From the NCBI RefSeq assembly GCF_036971445.1, contig NC_091470.1, positions 155,558,001 through 155,622,000 of the forward strand: DNA of 64,000 bases. Reading direction: 5' to 3'. The DNA comes from Narcine bancroftii. Taxonomy: Eukaryota. Below the pieces are notes generated by a model. That model searched no databases and had not been told where the DNA came from. It worked only from the letters and a program-made list of their open reading frames with translations. Positions 1 through 54,948 of the stretch are shown here, piece after piece (within the stretch, counting starts at the first letter, position 1; every line of letters begins with the position of its first letter). Position numbers and translations under genes: made by a program.

Positions 1-7881
<7,881 letters not shown>

Positions 7882-8389
7882 ATCAGGCATGGCTTTACAC
7901 CAGTGGCTTCCAGCCTTTTTCTTTCTACTCATATCCCACTTTAAGTAATCCCTATGCCATAAGTGCTCTGTGATTAAAAAGGGATTGCTTAAGGTGGTAC
8001 ATGAGTGGGAAGGGAAGGCTGAGAATCACTGCTCTACACTCGATTGTTATTGAAATATTTTGCTTAAAAAAGTTGTCAATGGCCCACTTTCTTTGGAGTT
8101 ATGAAATTGTGCACATAACGAGTCAATTAAGTTTAATTAAAACAATGTTTTCAAACTTTTTTTGGTACATGACATCTAACGAATCCAGTGGATGTTGCTG
8201 AACTGCTCTTTAAAAAAAAAAGTAGTGGCTGGATGAGATTTGTAATCAGAAATTATGTAGAAGTCCAACTTGGCACTCCAGTTACCAGTTTGATGACAAT
8301 TTCTGCAGCCATGTAGGTGATGAGGTACTATTGAACTGGCAACTTAACAAAAAAAATCAAAATGGTTACCATTGCTTTGTTTTGCAAAG

Positions 8390-8395
8390 AATAAA
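8390..8395 (+). terminator. Probable polyadenylation signal of the AKR7A gene
   Basis: AATAAA about 510 bp after the stop codon, followed by T/GT-rich sequence. Confidence 0.5.
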
Positions 8396-8754
8396 ACAAA
8401 TTTGATTCATTTTGTGCATATAATTTTACTGCCACAAAGTTGAACAATGTACAGAGGTGTTGTCCCTGTTTTAAAGACATTGGTTATTCAAGTTCATAGC
8501 TCAACTCAATGAGGTAAACTGTTACATTATACTACTTTCCTAGCACGATACTTTGATGTGGGGTAATAGGAGTAAAGTATACAATTGCCATCTGATACAG
8601 TATTTACATGTGAATCAAGAAATTTTGAATGATAAATGATGACCAGTCATATATAATAGAAAACTGACATTAAGACTGTTGAAGCTCAATTATTGCATAC
8701 TTATTCAGCTCCACATCAAGAGTACAAATTTTGTTTTAGGATCATGTCTGGCAC

Positions 8755-8760
8755 TTTATT
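8755..8760 (-). terminator. Candidate MRTO4 polyadenylation signal (another at 9000-9005)
   Basis: TTTATT on + strand = AATAAA on - strand, downstream of the MRTO4 stop. Confidence 0.4.
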
Positions 8761-9210
8761 GAAGCAAAACAGCCCTCTGCCTTTGTACACAAGAGCATTG
8801 TATTATTATAGGTCCAATCCAGTTCAGAGGTACAAGTAGATATTAAAGATTCCACAGGATTTGACTGGTATTGTCAAAGGAATCTGTTCTTTGTTTTCCA
8901 TTGTCCACATTTGCTGCTGCTTAAAACTGGTATTTTGAAACCATGCAAGGTCTTCATTGCTAATTTTTTTTGTAATCCGTGATCTGTTTTATTAACATCT
9001 TTATTAATGTTTAATTCCCTGGAGGCCAGCAGAACTCAGTCGCTCTTGCTTCACTTTGTGAGATTGAACCAAATGTCACATTTATATTAAAAATCAACAC
9101 TGGAAATTGTTTTTTTTTATATAAATGCAACAATTCCTCTCTCCTGCATCGCACTGTGCATTCAGTTTAATACAGACATCGAGCATAGGATAAAGCTTGA
9201 GAACTCTCTG

Positions 9211-9345
9211 CTAGTCACCCATTTCTACCACCTCCTTGCTTTTCCCATCATTAGTCACTACCAGTTGTTCAAATTCACCAGTTTTGGAGTTCCACATAGA
9301 GTTCATTGTCACTTTGAATGTGGCCATCTCAATACCAAGCAGCTT
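9211..9345 (-). CDS. MRTO4: MRTO4 exon 8 (terminal)
   Basis: [44 protein letters not shown]. Confidence 0.92.
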   Translation of the reverse strand, partial: KLLGIEMATFKVTMNSMWNSKTGEFEQLVVTNDGKSKEVVEMGD

Positions 9346-12300
9346 CTGGAAGAAAATGCAAATGATCAGTGCCAAAATGTTGGAAAATTTTCCACACCAT
9401 TATTCAGAATCTTATTTTGATACTCTAGATCTCCAAGTGCCCAGTACGGTTTTTAATAAAATGTTTCTCTAGTTATTGGTCCATTTTGTATTAACATGGT
9501 GAAGGTAGCATTGATGCTTATTTAGTGAACACTTGCTGAGTGTCAAAATAAGTGTCAAATGTTCTGCCCTCTTTTAAAGGGTTAAATTAAATACTCTTCA
9601 TTCTATTTGAACTTGTGGAAGGAAATTCCCACAAATTAAGAGTTGTACTTTAAAATACTGACCAGAAGTCGCGCCTGTTCGGGTGTCAGTGGGGCACCCT
9701 CTTTGCAAACTTCGTAATCACTCAACAATGTTATGACACCTAGAAGACAGACCACGTAAATTCCAGTTACTGCTAGAATATTAAAAAAAAAATAGATATT
9801 CTCATGCAGCAAACCCATCTTTAACTACTGCTTTTGCCACCAATCATGCAGCGGGTTGTGTTGATCACCAATGTACCTTTCTTCAGCGTGGTTGGTAACC
9901 CGAGCTGCCGCAGTTGTGGCTCCATGGAGTGAGTGAACTGTGGCAATGGTCCAGCATCAAGCGTAACAGCCACTGTAGCTTTGTTCCCAGACCGTGCAAA
10001 ATCAGTCTGTGTGTACTTATCAAACCACCTATTAAGAGGTAGAGAGAGATGTTGGACAATTCAATGGAAACATGTTAAAATAGAAATCAAAGAGCAAAAA
10101 AAAAGAAACTCACTCAATCACCTCTGCCTTTGTGCGATTAGTGAACAGGAGACCGACTTCACCTTGCAACTGTTTACTGACCTACAAAATGGAAAACAAT
10201 AAATACAAAAGTATCACGGATACACCAAACATTCAACAGATCCCGAGAATCAATGAAAGCTAAAACAATCAAGTGACAATTGACAAAAAAAATTAACAAA
10301 TCTCATCAACTTAAATTATTTACCATTTGCACTTTCAAAAATATACACCAAAATGCGAATTGAACAATTCAGTAAAGTCAGTCACGAACTGCTCACCTTA
10401 TGTAAACCATCCTTGTATTCGTCTGCTGATCCTTTTCCCAGGGCCACCATCATCACTTTATTTTTACCAAAGAAGAACCTACACAAGTACAATATTAAAC
10501 GGCTTGATACATTTTTACACAAGGGGCTGTTAGCAAAAGTGAGCTCATGGAAATATACATCATATTATCAAAGTTGGGTCAAATTGCAGGTGAAGCCCCA
10601 GGAGACTGTATGAGACCATGTATGGAAATAAGGATGAAGAAATGGGAGTGAAACGTAAGTCTGCAGACACAGTGATTGAAGTAAAAACACACTGCTCAAG
10701 AAACAGCAGGTCAAACAGTGTACCTTGTAGAGCAACGATAAGATATATAACCAATATTTCGGGCTTGAGCTCTTCATCGAGGTATAAGCAAAAAGTGAAC
10801 AGGCTTGAATAAAATAATGTGAGAAGGAGTATAGGTCCACAGACAAGAGGTAATGTGGATAAGGGAGGGAGGGCTCTGTGAATGGAGAAGGAAAGGATGG
10901 AGGGTTGGAGGAAAGGAGATAGGTAAGAGAGAGAATGGGCAGAGGAATGAAGAAGTTGAAAGTCGCACGAGTTGGGTATAAAATATAAAGGGAAATTTGC
11001 TGCTGATGTGGGCGGCTAAATGGGCAGAGTAAATTGTGAGGAAGCATGACATCATGCACGAGGAGTATGATCGATTAAAGCATTTTCCAATAGCGACCAG
11101 GGATTAGGGAGGCGCATAGAAATTTTGAAAACAAGTCCATATCTTGTATTTAGTTGTCTTTAGAGGGATTTTAATACAGCACAACATACCTTGAAATATG
11201 TGATAGCTGCACAAGGAGAAACAAACTAAACAATGAGAAACTGGTTAAAATGAGCTTGAAGAAATATTTTAAGAACATGTAACAACAGAGGGGATTTGGT
11301 GGGAAAACAGTGTGGCAGGATAGCCTGGACTCGGAAAGTGAGGTGGAGGAGGAGAAGGAAGAGGAAAAACGAGGGAGTAAAAGGAGGTCATTAGAGAGAT
11401 GAAAGACAGAAAAAGGGGGCAGAGGGACTGGTGCCCTTTGCCAGAATGATACTGGGGGCCAATGGGCAGATAAGAAGAACTTTGAAGATAAAAGTTCTTC
11501 AAAGAACTTTGAAGAACATTATCTTTACCCTCTCCCCCGGGCAACAATAACCAATCCCCCTGCAATTTTGAAATGTGTCTAATACACCCATCTATCACTT
11601 GTATCTGCTTCCCTTTCCTTCAGCTCCCTGTATTAATTCTTACTTCTAATATGCATTCATCTTTAAACATAAGCATTATGAAAAAAAAACACATACCTAC
11701 CCCCTGCCCCCCTCCCCCCACCGTATTCCTGTTACAACATATACAGTCCATCAGGGGAGGGGGCAATAAAGAAAGGCTGGAAAACCTGACAGGGTATCTG
11801 AAACAAGAGAGTTGAGAGAGTGGAAGAAAGATTGGATAAGAGGGAAGAGCAAAATTGATGCACGGAAAGGGTTAAGTTAAAGATGTGGGAGAAGATAGGT
11901 ATCTTAGAAAATATCAATAGGAGGAACGGTTAACATTGTGGGGGTGAAGGAGGGCAAGGAGATGGTGGAATTCCTGAAAAAGTGGATCCCAGATATATTG
12001 AGGAAGGAAAAATATTGGAAATAATCTAATAATAGAATGGGCCCACTGGTCTCTTGCGCCCCCCCCCCACTCCCCCTCCCATCTAGGGCCAAACCAACGG
12101 CCACACTCTATCCTAGTAAGGCTCCTTCACCACCAGCATAGAAGGATCTTACAGGCGGTGCGATAGCTGGGAGTCCGGTGGAATTTGAGAGGGAGAAGGT
12201 CTTTTGCTAACTGGACACATGTGCAGGAGCAGGAGGGAATTTTACCTGGTTAAAAAGCGCCTTAAACAAAAGGAATCAAGTTTACCCTCCTTCACCCGGC

Positions 12301-15300
12301 AGTGCTAAAGATATTAAGGGTGGGAAGGGAAAGAAAGTTTTTTTTTAAGGATCCAAGAGAGGCAATGGACTTTGTTAGGAACCCTGCTACTGCTTTGAGA
12401 TTAAATGTAAATAAGGTGGGAAAAGGGAATAAAGGAAAGATGGACTGTAAATATTGTAACAGTGATGAATACGAGGGGAGATACGTTATTTTCCCCCCCA
12501 TAATTTTAACGTTTAAAGATGAATGCATATTAGAAGTAAGAATGAATACAGGGAGGTCAAGGAAAGGGAGGGAGATACAAGTGATAGATGGGTGTATTAG
12601 GCACATCTCAAAATTGCAGGGTGATCCACACCAATAGCTTGGTTATTGATGCTGGGGGTTGGGGGGGAAGATAAACTGGGAGGGGGAAAAAAAGAGGAGG
12701 AGGGAATACATGGAGTGTTTTTTGTTTCGTTATCGAAGTAATTTGATGGCGTTTTCAGTTGTACAAGGGGGGAATAAATACAGACTCTATATGTAACATG
12801 GATGTTAAAAAATGTTTGTTTGACAAGACTATATTAAAAAAAAATCATATAACAAAGAATGGGCATTTGTTTTAAGTACTGGATGTCATACCAGAAATGT
12901 AAAACTTTGAGGCTATGGAAGGGTTAAGGGAGATGGCAAGGAAGAGCTGGGTGTCATCAGAATACATTTCAAAAAACACGCTTTTTTTTGTTACTGATGA
13001 GGATCAGAATGTAGGTAAGAAATGACGTTGGGTGTCAAAGGTAGATTCTATGACACAAAAAAGGCTCCAAGCATTGGAAGCAAAGCCATTATGAATTGAA
13101 TAATTGTCCCAAAATATTAGATACTTTCTTGAGTTTGCAAGGATGGTGATGTGATCAACCAGACACTACAGATATCATGTTTATAGAACAATCACAAAGG
13201 CTGTTGTTAGAGATTTGGATGAGTGGTTTTGGTTCAGATCAGAAAAACAATGATTTAACTAAATTCTCAAGGTAGTTGAATGTTTTACCATAGTTCATCT
13301 TCTGCATGACAATGAACCAACCTGCGCTAGTCTGTTTCCCACAGTAAAGCACTTAGAGAAGGAAATTAATCATCCAGCAATTTAAGGAACAAAAATCTAA
13401 AGTGACTCACCGGCTGTGTTTCCAGGCACATCGTAGATCCTTCAGTTTGTTATTTCTCATGTTCTCAACGGAAAAGAGAAAGATATTTGTGTAGGTGTCC
13501 ACACATTTTCGTAACTTAAAAGAAGAAAATTGCCATCATTCGTCAGTAACATAGACAAACTCTATACTTGGAGATTTTTAAGCAATTATCTTGTAAAATA
13601 GCAATGTATTCATAAATAGAACATGCATAATTGTTTTCAAACAATTCAACTGATTCTCAATTTATGAGGCTTTTTGCATTGTTACAAATATAACTTATTG
13701 TAGTATGTATTACTTCTCTTCCAATAACTTCGGGTGGAAATCAGAACTGGTGGAAAGGGGAAGAGATTGAGAAACATACATCTTGTATGTTTCGTTTCAT
13801 GAATACTATTATCATATTTTTAAACATTTATTTTAAGATTAATTGTTAAAGAAACATTATTTATCATTGTATTCCTGCACTTTGTTTCTTAACAAATCCT
13901 TTTGAGGATTGAACAACCAATTTTGATGTACAAATCCTTTAGAACAACCAATTTCAATGTACAATTTTTCTCTCAACAAAACTTTTTGTTGGGAAGCTCT
14001 TTCATGCAGTATGTCCAAGGACACCCATGCTGTGGTTTTAATGAACAGGCATGTTTAAATTTGCATTATAGGACTACCAAACAAATTTTGATACAAAGTT
14101 ATGGTGAAAGATATTCTATCTGGTTGATAAAAGCTTGGATAAAGATATGTTTAGAGGGTCACCTTAAAAATAGTGTGAAGTTGAGGGAAGGAATTCCAAA
14201 TAACTGAAGATACAACTGCCATTTGGAGGACTAAAATATTCAGAAGCAGGGAGCAGAGAGGCTTTTCCTGATGAGGAGTCAACTGGATAAAAAGGACAAT
14301 GAAAGTCGGATACAATAAGCAAGGTTTTGTGGGGAACTGCTATTTGTACAATATCTAAAGCAAGTCAGAAATAGTAAAGTCTGGAAAGACAAAAAGATAG
14401 ATGAGGTTCGAGTGTTACAGTAAATGCAGAAGCAAGGAGAGAGACAAAGTACAACTCAGCACGAGGGATGGTGTGAGAGAGAAAAGGGCGAGAGCTGGGC
14501 ATACTGTGGGGTGGGGAGGGAATATTAGCTTGGGATTTAGGGGAGAGATCCAGAAAGCCGAACCATCATATTGATGATGGACGACCTCATGTGCTTTTCC
14601 ATTACATAATGCTAAACTTCCATCCATATTTTTGTTATTGAAGAATTGACTGTTCCAATCTTGACAAGGGTCTTAGCCGTGAACTTTGTTCCTCTTTGCA
14701 CAGATGCGGTCTGACCAACTTTGCATTTACTGCATTATTTTATTTTTATTTGAGTTTTTTTTTAGTATTTACAGATTCCAAAATCAATTACAATTTGCTC
14801 AATGTAAAGCAGAGGGTAAAATTCTTAAGATTATCTTTGCATTTGTGCTAATCTAGTGAGACCTTGTCCAAACTAGTTGCACGGGTGATAACGAGGATTT
14901 TCTTAGGTACAGATTTGATGGAAATAAGATTTGTTTAACTGTGATTGCAATATTAGTGAAACTCCTTAAGGAGCATCAAGAGTCAAGAGCAGGAGGGGGC
15001 AATTTTTTCTTAACACGAGGTTGTAGCTAAGGGGTAGCCAAAATGTGGCACACAAGGCACGTGCGGATCTTTGACACATACGCGCAGCTTGTTTAAATAC
15101 TTTGGCTGAGCCTGGAATTGTATGAGCAGGTGCTCACAGCGGTAATGTTAGTGGATGTGTCTCATGATGAAAATGGCCTAATGACAGACTCTCGCCCAAG
15201 CCCACTCACCCATCTGAGCTCCCAATGCCCCAAATGATGCAGGTTCTTCCTGCGGTCAAAAATAGTATATGTGTAATAGTTGACCCCCCCCTAAATTTTA

Positions 15301-17146
15301 CTCTAAGAATTGGTCAACAAAATTTGACTGTTACACGACTATATATGGTATGTGTACTTTTTGATTGTTGAAACTAATACAAATTAGCAGTTTACAAACT
15401 ATATATGAATAAATTAAATACATGCATTTCTTAATATTTAAATAACATTTTTGTAACAAAATGTGCATGTAAGAGCAAAAAGATGCAAGTAATTTTTTTT
15501 CATGTGTGCGGCTCTTAAACATATAAAGTTTATCATATGTTAAACAAGTTTGACCAACCCTCACACAGAGGAACGTGATCTATGACCGAGATCATGTATT
15601 CAAGCAAATGCAATAGAGAAGGCTGAGTGATCCTACTGATTGCAGACTCACCTCCTCGATTAAGCTTTGTTTGATCTGCAATCCTTTCTTCTTTGTTTTA
15701 GTCAGAGAAACTGGGGGGAAAAAAAGTACGATTTAATCAACAAGACCCAGACCAAATAGAAAAGTACACAAAAGTGCTGGAGAAATCGACCTGCCAAATT
15801 TCTAACAGTTTTGTGCACTGCACTAGACCCCAGATTTCTTGTCGACTTCAAGTAGAAACCGGATCCCCAACCTCTCTTGTTGAACCTTTCAGATTTTAAA
15901 GAACCTTTCAGATTTTAAAGAGCAGCACGGTTACCGCAACGCCAGCAATCGGGTCTATACCGGGGTTAGAGTCCTGCACTGTTTGTAAAGAGTTGGGACG
16001 TTCTCCCCGTGTCTGTGTGGGGTCGTCCCCTCCCCGTGTCTGTGTGGGGTCGTCCCCTCCCCGTGTCTGTGTGGGGTCGTCCCCCCCCCCGTGTCTGTGT
16101 GGGGTCGTCCCCCCCCCCGTGTCTGTGTGGGGTCGTCCCCCCCCCCGTGTCTGTGTGGGGTCGTCCCCCCCCCCGTGTCTGTGTGGGGTCGTCCCCCCCC
16201 CCGTGTCTGTGTGGGGTCGTCCCCCCCCCGTGTCTGTGTGGGGTCGTCCCCCCCCCCGTGTCTGTGTGGGGTCGTCCCCCCCCCGTGTCTGTGTGGGGTC
16301 GTCCCCCCCCCGTGTCTGTGTGGGGTCGTCCCCCCCCCCGTGTCTGTGTGGGGTCGTCCCCCCCCCCGTGTCTGTGTGGGGTCGTCCCCCCCCCCCGTGT
16401 CTGTGGGGTCGTCCCCCCCCCGTGTCTGTGTGGGGTCGTCCCCCCCCTCCCCCCCCCCCCCCCCCCGTGTCTGTGTGGGGTCGTCCCCCCCCTCCCCCCC
16501 CCCGTGTCTGTGTGGGGTCGTCCCCCCCCCGTGTCTGTGTGGGGTCGTCCCCCCCCCGTGTCTGTGTGGGGTCGTCCCCCCCCCGTGTCTGTGTGGGGTC
16601 GTCCCCCCCCCGTGTCTGTGTGGGGTCGTCCCCCCCCTCCCCCCCCCCTCCCCCCCCCCGTGTCTGTGTGGGGTCGTCCCCCCCCTCCCCCCCCCCTCCC
16701 CCCCCCCTCCCCCCCCCCCTCCCTCCCCCCCCCTCCCCCCTCCCCCCTCCCCTCCCCCCCTCCCTCCTCTCCCTCCCCCCCCTCTTCCCCCCCCCTGGGG
16801 GCTCGTTTCCGTCAGAGATGGGTGAAGGTTAATGGGGTGTAAACCCGAGGGCCGAAATGGCCTGTCCCCGTGCTGTATGTATATGTCGGTGGCGATAAGT
16901 CCATCATTAGATCAGCCATGATCTCATTGAACGGTGGGGCAGACTTGACGGGCTGGATGGCCGACTCCCGCTCCTAATTCGCCCCGAAAACTCAAAAAAG
17001 TGTACTTTAACGACCACCGTTTCGGGCTGGAGCCCCTCATTAAAGGTAACGATGAAGGCCCCCTCCCGCCGGACCACGAGCAAGTTTCTTTTGCTCTTCG
17101 GAAGGCGCCCGCCCTTACCCCGCTTGTCACGCCGGGATCGCGGCAT
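9211..17146 (-). CDS. MRTO4: mRNA turnover protein 4 homolog / 60S ribosome assembly factor, 234 aa; exons 17146-17119, 15710-15652, 13514-13411, 10478-10397, 10181-10114, 10028-9877, 9739-9663, 9345-9211
   Basis: Spliced [108 protein letters not shown]; 705 nt in frame; all GT-AG. Confidence 0.97.
9663..9739 (-). CDS. MRTO4: MRTO4 exon 7
   Basis: [26 protein letters not shown]. Confidence 0.95.
9877..10028 (-). CDS. MRTO4: MRTO4 exon 6
   Basis: [50 protein letters not shown]. Confidence 0.95.
10114..10181 (-). CDS. MRTO4: MRTO4 exon 5
   Basis: [23 protein letters not shown]. Confidence 0.95.
10397..10478 (-). CDS. MRTO4: MRTO4 exon 4
   Basis: [27 protein letters not shown]. Confidence 0.95.
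10655..10990. mobile_element. Penelope-associated terminal repeat with purine-rich tail
   Basis: aagtctgcagacac..gaagtaaaaacacactgct..caggtcaaacagtgtac..ccaatatttcgggcttgagctcttcatc; same layout as 25185-25560. Confidence 0.6.
11519..12674 (+). mobile_element. L1/Tx1-clade ORF1 remnant bracketed by ~165-bp inverted repeats
   Basis: Decayed [24 protein letters not shown] and ..[16 protein letters not shown] motifs resemble L1 ORF1; 11519-11680 is the reverse complement of 12499-12674. Confidence 0.65.
13411..13514 (-). CDS. MRTO4: MRTO4 exon 3
   Basis: [35 protein letters not shown]. Confidence 0.95.
15030..15562. mobile_element. hAT-like MITE (family shared with 18813-19430)
   Basis: Shared internal sequence (gatgcagg..tcaaaa..gtaatag..ccccc..aaattt..ttggtc; ctaat..attagcagttta..actatat) and gtggc..catgtgcggctc subterminal motifs. 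Confidence 0.5.
15652..15710 (-). CDS. MRTO4: MRTO4 exon 2
   Basis: [20 protein letters not shown]. Confidence 0.95.
15920..16885 (+). mobile_element. V-SINE copy containing an internal minisatellite expansion
   Basis: SINE head gcagcacggtt..ctgtttgtaaagagtt..cgttctccccgtgtctg and tail gggccgaaatggcctgtccccgtgctgtatg flank the repeat. Confidence 0.75.
16005..16796. repeat. Minisatellite, ~27-28 bp unit (C)n-GTGTCTGTGTGGGGTCGT, roughly 24 copies, ending in a poly-C/CT tract
   Basis: Directly visible tandem array; explains the Pro-rich ORFs at 15993-16842. Confidence 0.95.
16905..16982 (+). mobile_element. CR1-type LINE 3' tail fragment
   Basis: gatcagccatgatctcattgaacggtggggcagacttgacgggctggatggccgactcccgctcct resembles the chondrichthyan CR1 3' end. 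Confidence 0.6.
17119..17146 (-). CDS. MRTO4: MRTO4 exon 1 (coding part)
   Basis: ATG at 17146, MPRSRRDKR, donor G|gtaagg. Confidence 0.93.
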
Positions 17147-17485
17147 GTTGGCAAAGCTGGAACCACCCTGCACGGACTGGGACGCTCGTCGGCCCTGGGG
17201 CTGAGGTGCCTCGCCCGGCTGGAGCCTCCGCGTCGACTGTCCCGGCCAAGTCCCTCACACCGTTTGATCGTTTACCGCCAGTACTGAGAGTGTTAAGAGT
17301 TCGACTTTAATCCCACGCGCCGCTGATTATTTCACTGAAGCCAGATGGGCCCCAGCGCATGTTGGTGGGACGCCTCGGATCCCATTGCATGCTGGGATTT
17401 TGGATGGCTCGATCGCTGTGCACTGTGGGATACTGGATGCCTCCAATTCCCTCTGCGTGCTGGGATCTTGGAGGACCGAGCCGTG
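17147..17485. promoter_or_regulatory. CpG-rich bidirectional promoter / 5' UTRs of MRTO4 and EMC1 with several ZNF143/Staf-like motifs
   Basis: Divergent ATGs 340 bp apart; repeated TCCCA..GCATG / GCATGCTGGGA motifs at ~17350-17370, 17380-17400, 17420-17430 and 17448-17466. Confidence 0.75.
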
Positions 17486-52382
<34,897 letters not shown>

Positions 52383-53084
52383 ATATCATCAGCTTAACAG
52401 AGAATAGTTGTCTCCTCATGAGTGGAACTGAAGATGGGTGCAACTTCCCAAGAGACCCAAATGCTCTTGCTACCCATGTACATACTATGTATATTTTTGG
52501 TAACACACTTTCAGTAAGAAACTGAGTGATGGACACTTTCATGAGCAGATTTTAACAAAAGTTGGTTTCATTGTTGTAAATTTCAAATTTATGTTTCTAT
52601 TGATCAGAAGTTTTTTTTTAGATAAATGATTTTTGTTCCTGCAAAATGGCTAGGAGATGAAAGGGATATCGTTGACAGTAATGCATTACAATTAATGATA
52701 GCTGAATTTGAATGTTACCTGGTGGTCTAAATCTTCAGCCTTTGCTACATTTTTAGAACTGGTTGATACTTTATTTGCAGATGGATGTTGCCTCTAGCTC
52801 AGGTTCCTTATGAATGCTAGATATTAGCTTCATTGTCAGTTATTGGATAAAACACTGATTTTTTTGTCTGTCATTTTGACAAAAGTCCTTCAGTCTAGCT
52901 CTCATCTTTGTGGCAGGACTTGGACTGTTTTGGGAAGAGCTGGATTTTCCTTGTTGAAGCCCTACCACTCAGTGTTGCTGAAGTGCTTTGTCGCACCCTG
53001 CACTAGGGTTGTGTAGTGGTAGGAAAGTTTACAACACCCTCCACCCTTAAAGCATTATCTGCACCCCAGTGTATTGAATTGGAC

Positions 53085-53090
53085 AATAAA
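53085..53090 (+). terminator. Candidate EMC1 polyadenylation signal (alternatives at 53695-53700 and 54006-54011)
   Basis: AATAAA hexamers downstream of the EMC1 stop. Confidence 0.4.
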
Positions 53091-54619
53091 CTACTGACTT
53101 GCATCTTTTACTGATATGGTTATGTTTACCTCTTCCCTAATTTTTTTTTGGGGGGGGGATGGCATTTTAGAATTGCATGTTGGTAATATTCGTGAGGTGA
53201 TTGATTCAAGATTGCTGATTGATTCTTGCAAGGATTTTTATTTTATTGCTTGAGATGTTGTGCAAGAGTTTTGAATTGAGTAAGTGCACCTCCATCCAGC
53301 AAATGTGTGAATAGCAAAAAAAATGAAGAATTTGACATTTGAAGGTGTACAATATGAATAGAAGATATTAACTGTTTTGGATATTTAATACTGAGCCCAG
53401 AATAATTGAGCTTAACAGGGATTTTAGTTAACTTAAAATGTGCAGTGGATGAGTGAATGAAGAGAATTAATGCCACATCTGTGTGACTGTCTGAAGAGTC
53501 CAATTACTGTTTTGCAAGAAAGGGAGAGTTCAAATGATGGTTATAACATTTTCTGAGTTTGGTGTTTATTTTCTTCCTTGCCTCAAATTCAAATACAGCC
53601 ATATCAAAAATGTTGATACTGAAATACCTTAAAATGAATGCATTGAAACTTGTTAGAGATATTAATTTATGATTTGAGTTGTTTTTTGCAACCAAATAAA
53701 ATGTTACTGTGACCTTTAGCATTGTTTCTTTCAGTGTAGTTGTTCATGATGTCATGTTTGAAATGGGGAAATGCCTAAATCCACACTGTTGTCTAACATT
53801 CAATATTGTAGCCATATTGTTTCTCTTCACTAGAGGTACTTTTGATCTTTATTGTTGTTTTTGGGGTCACAAAGTGATGTTATCTGGCTATTTAATACAA
53901 CAGATGGGGTGGGGGGGGGTTATATCATTGTGAGTTTTCACCTTTAATTGCTATTTAAATTATATATTTTTAAAAAGTATATTTAACATATCTGAGAAAC
54001 TATAAAATAAATGACCTACTCATTACTCCACTGTTAAATACCCATGGAACTCTTCTCCCTACCCTACCTGAATGTGCAGATGAATCCAATACTCCCTCAG
54101 TATTGCACTGAACTTTCATCATAGACTTAATTCTTGATGGAAATTAGATTTTTTCAGTCTTGGCTCATCCATAAATGTCAGAGTTCAAAGACCAAGAAGT
54201 GAGTCTATTCATGTAAACTCAGATTCAGAATCCTTGGACAAGGCTATAAAGTAATAGACAAAAACAAAACAACAATCTAGGCCCTAGACCATGCCACCCA
54301 ATTAACTACTGACACCCCTGGTATGTACTTGTAGGCTGAAATGGCCTGTTAGTGTGCTATGTTTAAATTAAAAAAAAATTAAAAGGTTGGTCACTCCTGA
54401 TCCAGGAGTGCCACTGTGGATCGTAGGTGTTTCTTCCGGCAGCGTTTGCAGCAATTCTCGTAGTCTTAATAATTTTTAATATGTGAGAGGGAATGCAGCA
54501 AGTGATTTAAAATGTATCTATAGCTTAGCTTTGGTAGCTTAGAAAGGAGGGCAAGATGTCTTTTTTAAAAAAAAGAGGAACCAATGTGTAGCATAGCAGG
54601 GGGTGAGTGGAAAAGACGA

Positions 54620-54820
54620 GTCACCTCCTTGATTCTGGATGAGTGGGAACTCCTTCGAGTGCCCAATGGGTTCAGCGTTACCTGCACGTCCCCTGAATGA
54701 CGGGCAGCGGCCGTCAGCACGCGATCCGATTATGCTGCGCACCAGTTTGCACTGCGCCTGCGCGCGGGTTCCTGGCGGACGGCTCCGTCTGTTGCACAAG
54801 TCGGCCCACGGAAGATGGCG
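54620..54820 (+). promoter_or_regulatory. UBR4 CpG-rich promoter/5' UTR with NRF1-like (TGCGCCTGCGCG, 54753-54764) and YY1-like (AAGATGGCG over the ATG) motifs
   Basis: High CpG density 54620-55300; motif matches read directly. Confidence 0.65.
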
Positions 54821-54948
54821 CTGAACTCGGCTTCGGCTCTGGAGCCCGACCCCGACTGGAGTGCCGCCGTCCGCCCGCTTCTCGCAGCTTCCTATTCCAC
54901 CTTTGAGCCGCGAGATCTTGCTCAGCTCTTCAGTTCTGTCATCAACAG
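54815..54948 (+). CDS. UBR4: UBR4 exon 1
   Basis: W..AVRPLL.ASYS.FE motif; donor AG|gtaaag. Confidence 0.92.

Noticed and set aside
7882-9210. Overlapping antisense 3' UTRs of AKR7A and MRTO4
   Set aside because: The best poly(A) signals (8390 +, 8755/9000 -) imply no overlap; it cannot be supported without transcript data.
16005-16690. CRISPR-like repeat array
   Set aside because: Units are contiguous with no unique spacers; eukaryotic context; no cas genes.
15993-16842. Pro-rich 244-279 aa ORFs (formin/extensin-like)
   Set aside because: Translations of a C-rich minisatellite in all three frames, intronic and antisense to MRTO4.
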